The notes under the pieces: model-generated | Database searches by the model: none | Seen by the model: only the letters and a program-made list of their open reading frames with translations | Told to the model about the DNA's origin: nothing | From: an uncultured Pelagibacteraceae bacterium | GTDB taxonomy: Bacteria > Pseudomonadota > Alphaproteobacteria > Pelagibacterales > Pelagibacteraceae | Direction: 5' to 3' | NCBI GenBank assembly: GCA_902582235.1 | Contig: CACHQX010000001.1 | Coordinates: 80,768-144,767, forward strand | Length of the DNA: 64,000 nucleotides | In this document: one piece after another, positions 62,286 through 64,000 of the stretch | How the letters are laid out: each line of letters starts with the position of its first letter | Numbering within the stretch: the stretch's first letter is position 1 | Program-made: the position numbers and the translations under genes

Positions 62286-63701
62286 GTGAGCAAAAGTTTA
62301 AATCTTATTCAAAATAACTTTAAGGAACTTCCAAATAACATTGAGGCAGAACAATCAGTAATAGGTTCTATTTTAACTCAAAATGAAATTTTTGATGAAA
62401 TCACTGGAATAATTTCAGATAAAAATTTTTTTGATCCACTTCACCAAAAAATATTTGGATCTATACAAAATCTTATTTACAAAGGTTTATTGGCAAACCC
62501 TATTACTCTAAAGAATTATTTTGAAAATGAAAGTGATGATTTAAATGTTCCAGAGTATTTAATTAAAATAACGAAATTTTCAACATCATCAAGGCAAGCT
62601 ATAGAATACTCAAAGATTATTTATGATATGTTTGTCAGAAGAGAACTTATTAAAATTTCAGAAAACATCATTGATACTGCAAAATTAAATGACATAAACA
62701 TAAATGGAAGTTCTATAATAGAAAACTCAGAAAAAATACTTTATGATCTTGCAGAAAAAGGTTCATTTAATTCAAATATAATTAAATTTGATGAAGCTGT
62801 GAGGCAGACGATTGATATGGCTTCTAACGCGTATAAAAACGAAGAAGGTATTGTAGGTGTTCCTACGGGATTAAGGGATTTAGATGATCGACTGGGTGGT
62901 TTGCATAAATCTGATTTAGTTATTATTGCTGGAAGACCCGCAATGGGTAAAACCGCTTTAGCAACTAATATTGCTTTTAATGCTGCAACAAACATACAAA
63001 AAACAAATAGAAAATCTTGTATAGCTTTTTTTTCATTAGAAATGTCATCTGAACAATTATCAACTAGAATTTTAGCTGAACAATCCAGAATTAAATCAAA
63101 TGATATAAGAAGGGGAAAAATATCTGAAGAACAATTTGAACAATTTTTAGAAACCTCAAAAAATATTTCAGAGTTGCCTCTTTACATAGATGAAACTCCC
63201 GCAATTTCTATTGCGTCACTCTCTAATAGGGCTAGAAGGATCAAAAGACTTTATGGTTTAGATATGGTTGTAATCGACTACATACAACTGATGAGGGCTA
63301 CAAATTTTAAAGAGGGTCGTGTCCAAGAAATTTCTGAAATTACACAGGGGCTTAAAGCTCTAGCAAAAGAACTCGCTGTACCTGTTTTAGCTTTATCTCA
63401 ATTATCTAGGGCAGTTGAAACTAGGGATGACAAAAGACCAATATTATCGGACCTAAGAGAGTCTGGATCTATAGAACAAGATGCAGATGTTGTAATGTTT
63501 GTCTACAGAGAGGGTTACTATCTAAAAAATAAAGAGCCTAGGCCAGCCACAGTCGAACATGCAGAATGGCAAGCCAAAATGAATGAAATTTCGCATTTAG
63601 CAGAATTAATAATTAGTAAACAGAGACATGGTCCTACCGGCAAAATCACATTAGAATTTGAGGAAATGTTTACTAAATTTAATGATGCTACAAATAATTA
63701 A
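62286..63701 (+). CDS. dnaB: Replicative DNA helicase
   Basis: P.NIEAEQ, AGRPAMGKT, FSLEM, IDYIQL, SDLRESGSIEQDAD, KQRHGP; GTG start. Confidence 0.97.
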   Translation: MSKSLNLIQNNFKELPNNIEAEQSVIGSILTQNEIFDEITGIISDKNFFDPLHQKIFGSIQNLIYKGLLANPITLKNYFENESDDLNVPEYLIKITKFSTSSRQAIEYSKIIYDMFVRRELIKISENIIDTAKLNDININGSSIIENSEKILYDLAEKGSFNSNIIKFDEAVRQTIDMASNAYKNEEGIVGVPTGLRDLDDRLGGLHKSDLVIIAGRPAMGKTALATNIAFNAATNIQKTNRKSCIAFFSLEMSSEQLSTRILAEQSRIKSNDIRRGKISEEQFEQFLETSKNISELPLYIDETPAISIASLSNRARRIKRLYGLDMVVIDYIQLMRATNFKEGRVQEISEITQGLKALAKELAVPVLALSQLSRAVETRDDKRPILSDLRESGSIEQDADVVMFVYREGYYLKNKEPRPATVEHAEWQAKMNEISHLAELIISKQRHGPTGKITLEFEEMFTKFNDATNN

Positions 63702-63722
63702 ATATAAGATATATATTTAGTA

Positions 63723-64000
63723 ATGTTTTCAAATCTATATCAATCTTTAATTCTAAAAAAACCACGTATAGTCTTTATTGCATTGATTTTGATTACCTCT
63801 TTTTTTTTAATCAACACTAAAGATTTTAGACTAGATGCATCCTCTGAAACTTTGCTTATAGAGGGAGACCCTGACTTAGAATACTTGAAAGAAATTAATC
63901 AAAGATATAAATCTAAAGATTTTTTAGTTCTTACCTTCACCCCTAAAGAAACTTTAATCTCAGAAAGTTCAATAAACAATATTCTTAGCCTAAAATATAA
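63723..64000 (+). CDS. MMPL/RND-family membrane protein, 3'-truncated by window edge
   Basis: Manual translation MFSNLYQSLILKKPRIVF...FRLDASSETLLIEGDPDL...DFLVLTFTP; frame is open to the window end. Confidence 0.7.
   Translation, partial: MFSNLYQSLILKKPRIVFIALILITSFFLINTKDFRLDASSETLLIEGDPDLEYLKEINQRYKSKDFLVLTFTPKETLISESSINNILSLKY

Noticed and set aside
125-62995. Numerous 60-172 aa antisense or alternate-frame ORFs in the track (e.g. 14421-14801, 26192-26542, 44748-45266, 50016-50348, 59718-60050)
   Set aside because: They lie largely or wholly within well-supported genes and have no recognisable motifs; they are shadow ORFs
1-64000. tRNA/rRNA genes, CRISPR arrays, IS/integrase/prophage genes, known riboswitches
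   Set aside because: Intergenic gaps are almost all under 200 nt; by eye none contains a cloverleaf, repeat-spacer array, recombinase ORF or recognisable aptamer. A covariance-model search was not possible.

Overview
Very AT-rich, extremely gene-dense alphaproteobacterial chromosome segment. Gene content and compaction point to SAR11/Pelagibacterales (inference). About 1-22.4 kb is a semi-accessory region: an ETHE1-like persulfide dioxygenase, an unannotated 38-aa 12-Cys peptide, cysE-cysK, a run of small Met-rich proteins, SRAP/SMR/CMD genes, a gamma-butyrobetaine hydroxylase-like dioxygenase, two aldehyde dehydrogenases, EamA transporters, glnA and a glutaminase with animal-type (EF-hand-like + glutaminase + ankyrin) architecture. 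About 22.5-64 kb is core housekeeping: iscR-sufBCDSU-sufT-sufA, anmK, tyrS, prfB (+1 programmed frameshift), pbp1A, rne, thiSG, aroQ-accBC, an NrdJ C-terminal remnant, aspS, hda, purMN, ndk, pepA, lptFGD-surA-pdxA-rsmA, gmk, fabD-fabG-acpP, rpsF-rpsR-rplI and dnaB. I found no tRNA, rRNA, CRISPR array or mobile element. Top leads: (1) the apparently leaderless Cys-rich sORF directly upstream of cysE-cysK (novel metallothionein and/or Cys-sensing leader); (2) the kidney-type-like glutaminase convergent on glnA; (3) a 59-aa in-frame polybasic leader on the acetaldehyde dehydrogenase; (4) an RNase E lacking the Zn-link.
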